Shown one piece after another: positions 27,322-27,581 of a DNA stretch of 27,581 nucleotides. The translations under genes were made by a program, and so were the position numbers. The notes under the pieces are model-generated. The model was not told the origin of the DNA. It saw only the letters and a list, made by a program, of their open reading frames with translations, and did not search any database. The DNA comes from a virus (taxonomy: Duplodnaviria > Caudoviricetes), in IMG/VR virus record IMGVR_UViG_3300025127_000204, positions 1 to 27,581 of that record; one strand, given 5' to 3'. Every line of letters starts with the position of its first letter. Position 1 is the stretch's first letter.

Positions 27322-27348
27322 TATACTAGATTTGAGTAGAGCGCAAGA
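27322..27348 (-). promoter_or_regulatory. Putative late promoter, copy 2 of TCTTG-N10-AAATCTAGTATA
   Basis: Same motif and spacing as 14465-14491; directly upstream of the structured leader. Confidence 0.6.
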
Positions 27349-27389
27349 GAGCCTACGGTATTTATGCATTTCAGCGATGTAGCTTTTGA

Positions 27390-27581
27390 TTAAGTAGCTA
27401 CAGAAACTTGTGGAGCGGCACCATCAATAGTGTTCTGCCTGTGAGCAATAGCTGCTTCTTCCAGCTTGATCTTTGTAATGACTTCTTTAACTTTGTCATC
27501 AATTCTGACCATTTCAAGAGTGTATCTACCATTAGATAGATGCTCCTGTTCCCACTTCAACTCCAAGGACCTTTTTTGTTT
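27390..27581 (-). CDS. Small coiled-coil hypothetical protein (partial, start beyond the right edge)
   Basis: Open frame KQKRSLELKWEQEHLSNGRYTLEMVRIDDKVKEVITKIKLEEAAIAHRQNTIDGAAPQVSVAT* with TAA at 27392-27390. Confidence 0.75.
   Translation of the reverse strand, partial: KQKRSLELKWEQEHLSNGRYTLEMVRIDDKVKEVITKIKLEEAAIAHRQNTIDGAAPQVSVAT

Noticed and set aside
8297-27339. Other short + strand ORFs (e.g. 8297, 9372, 10005, 10623, 11133, 12464, 14522, 22775, 24342, 26412, 26950, 27145)
   Set aside because: All are antisense to well-supported minus-strand genes, mostly with non-ATG starts and no domain signal.
27378-27402. Hairpin TGTAGCT-N11-AGCTACA across the stop codon of the last ORF
   Set aside because: No U-tract on the coding strand and a large loop, so not called a terminator; it may still be a stability element.
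1-27581. tRNA, rRNA, integrase or transposase genes
   Set aside because: None recognisable; intergenic gaps are too short or already explained by regulatory elements.

Overview
AT-rich segment of a tailed dsDNA phage genome with a podovirus-like virion module. Gene content resembles marine SAR11/pelagiphage-type podoviruses; the host is inferred, not shown. Left end: two leftward conserved phage genes, a palindromic divergent promoter and a lone + strand SNF2-family helicase. The rest is one minus-strand late region. Read in transcription order from the right, it has a putative capsid-associated gene with a highly structured leader, head-tail adaptor/neck genes, and three tail-fibre/adhesin genes. 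Next is an AT-rich, apparently separately promoted seven-enzyme cassette (five 2OG-Fe(II) dioxygenases, a flavin-dependent halogenase, a probable dUTPase-fold protein). It ends with the tail nozzle, internal virion proteins, and a holin-like/peptidase M15 lysis pair. Most interesting: (1) a candidate cis-regulatory RNA at 27240-27311 with three interlocked helices and three GAC junction motifs that occludes the Shine-Dalgarno; (2) the halogenase/hydroxylase cassette beside Gly/Pro-rich and Trp-Gly-repeat virion proteins, a candidate virion-tailoring system; (3) a shared ~70-aa module in three neck/tail proteins and a cupredoxin-like site on a virion protein. All functional calls rest on motif recognition and synteny; no database searches were run.
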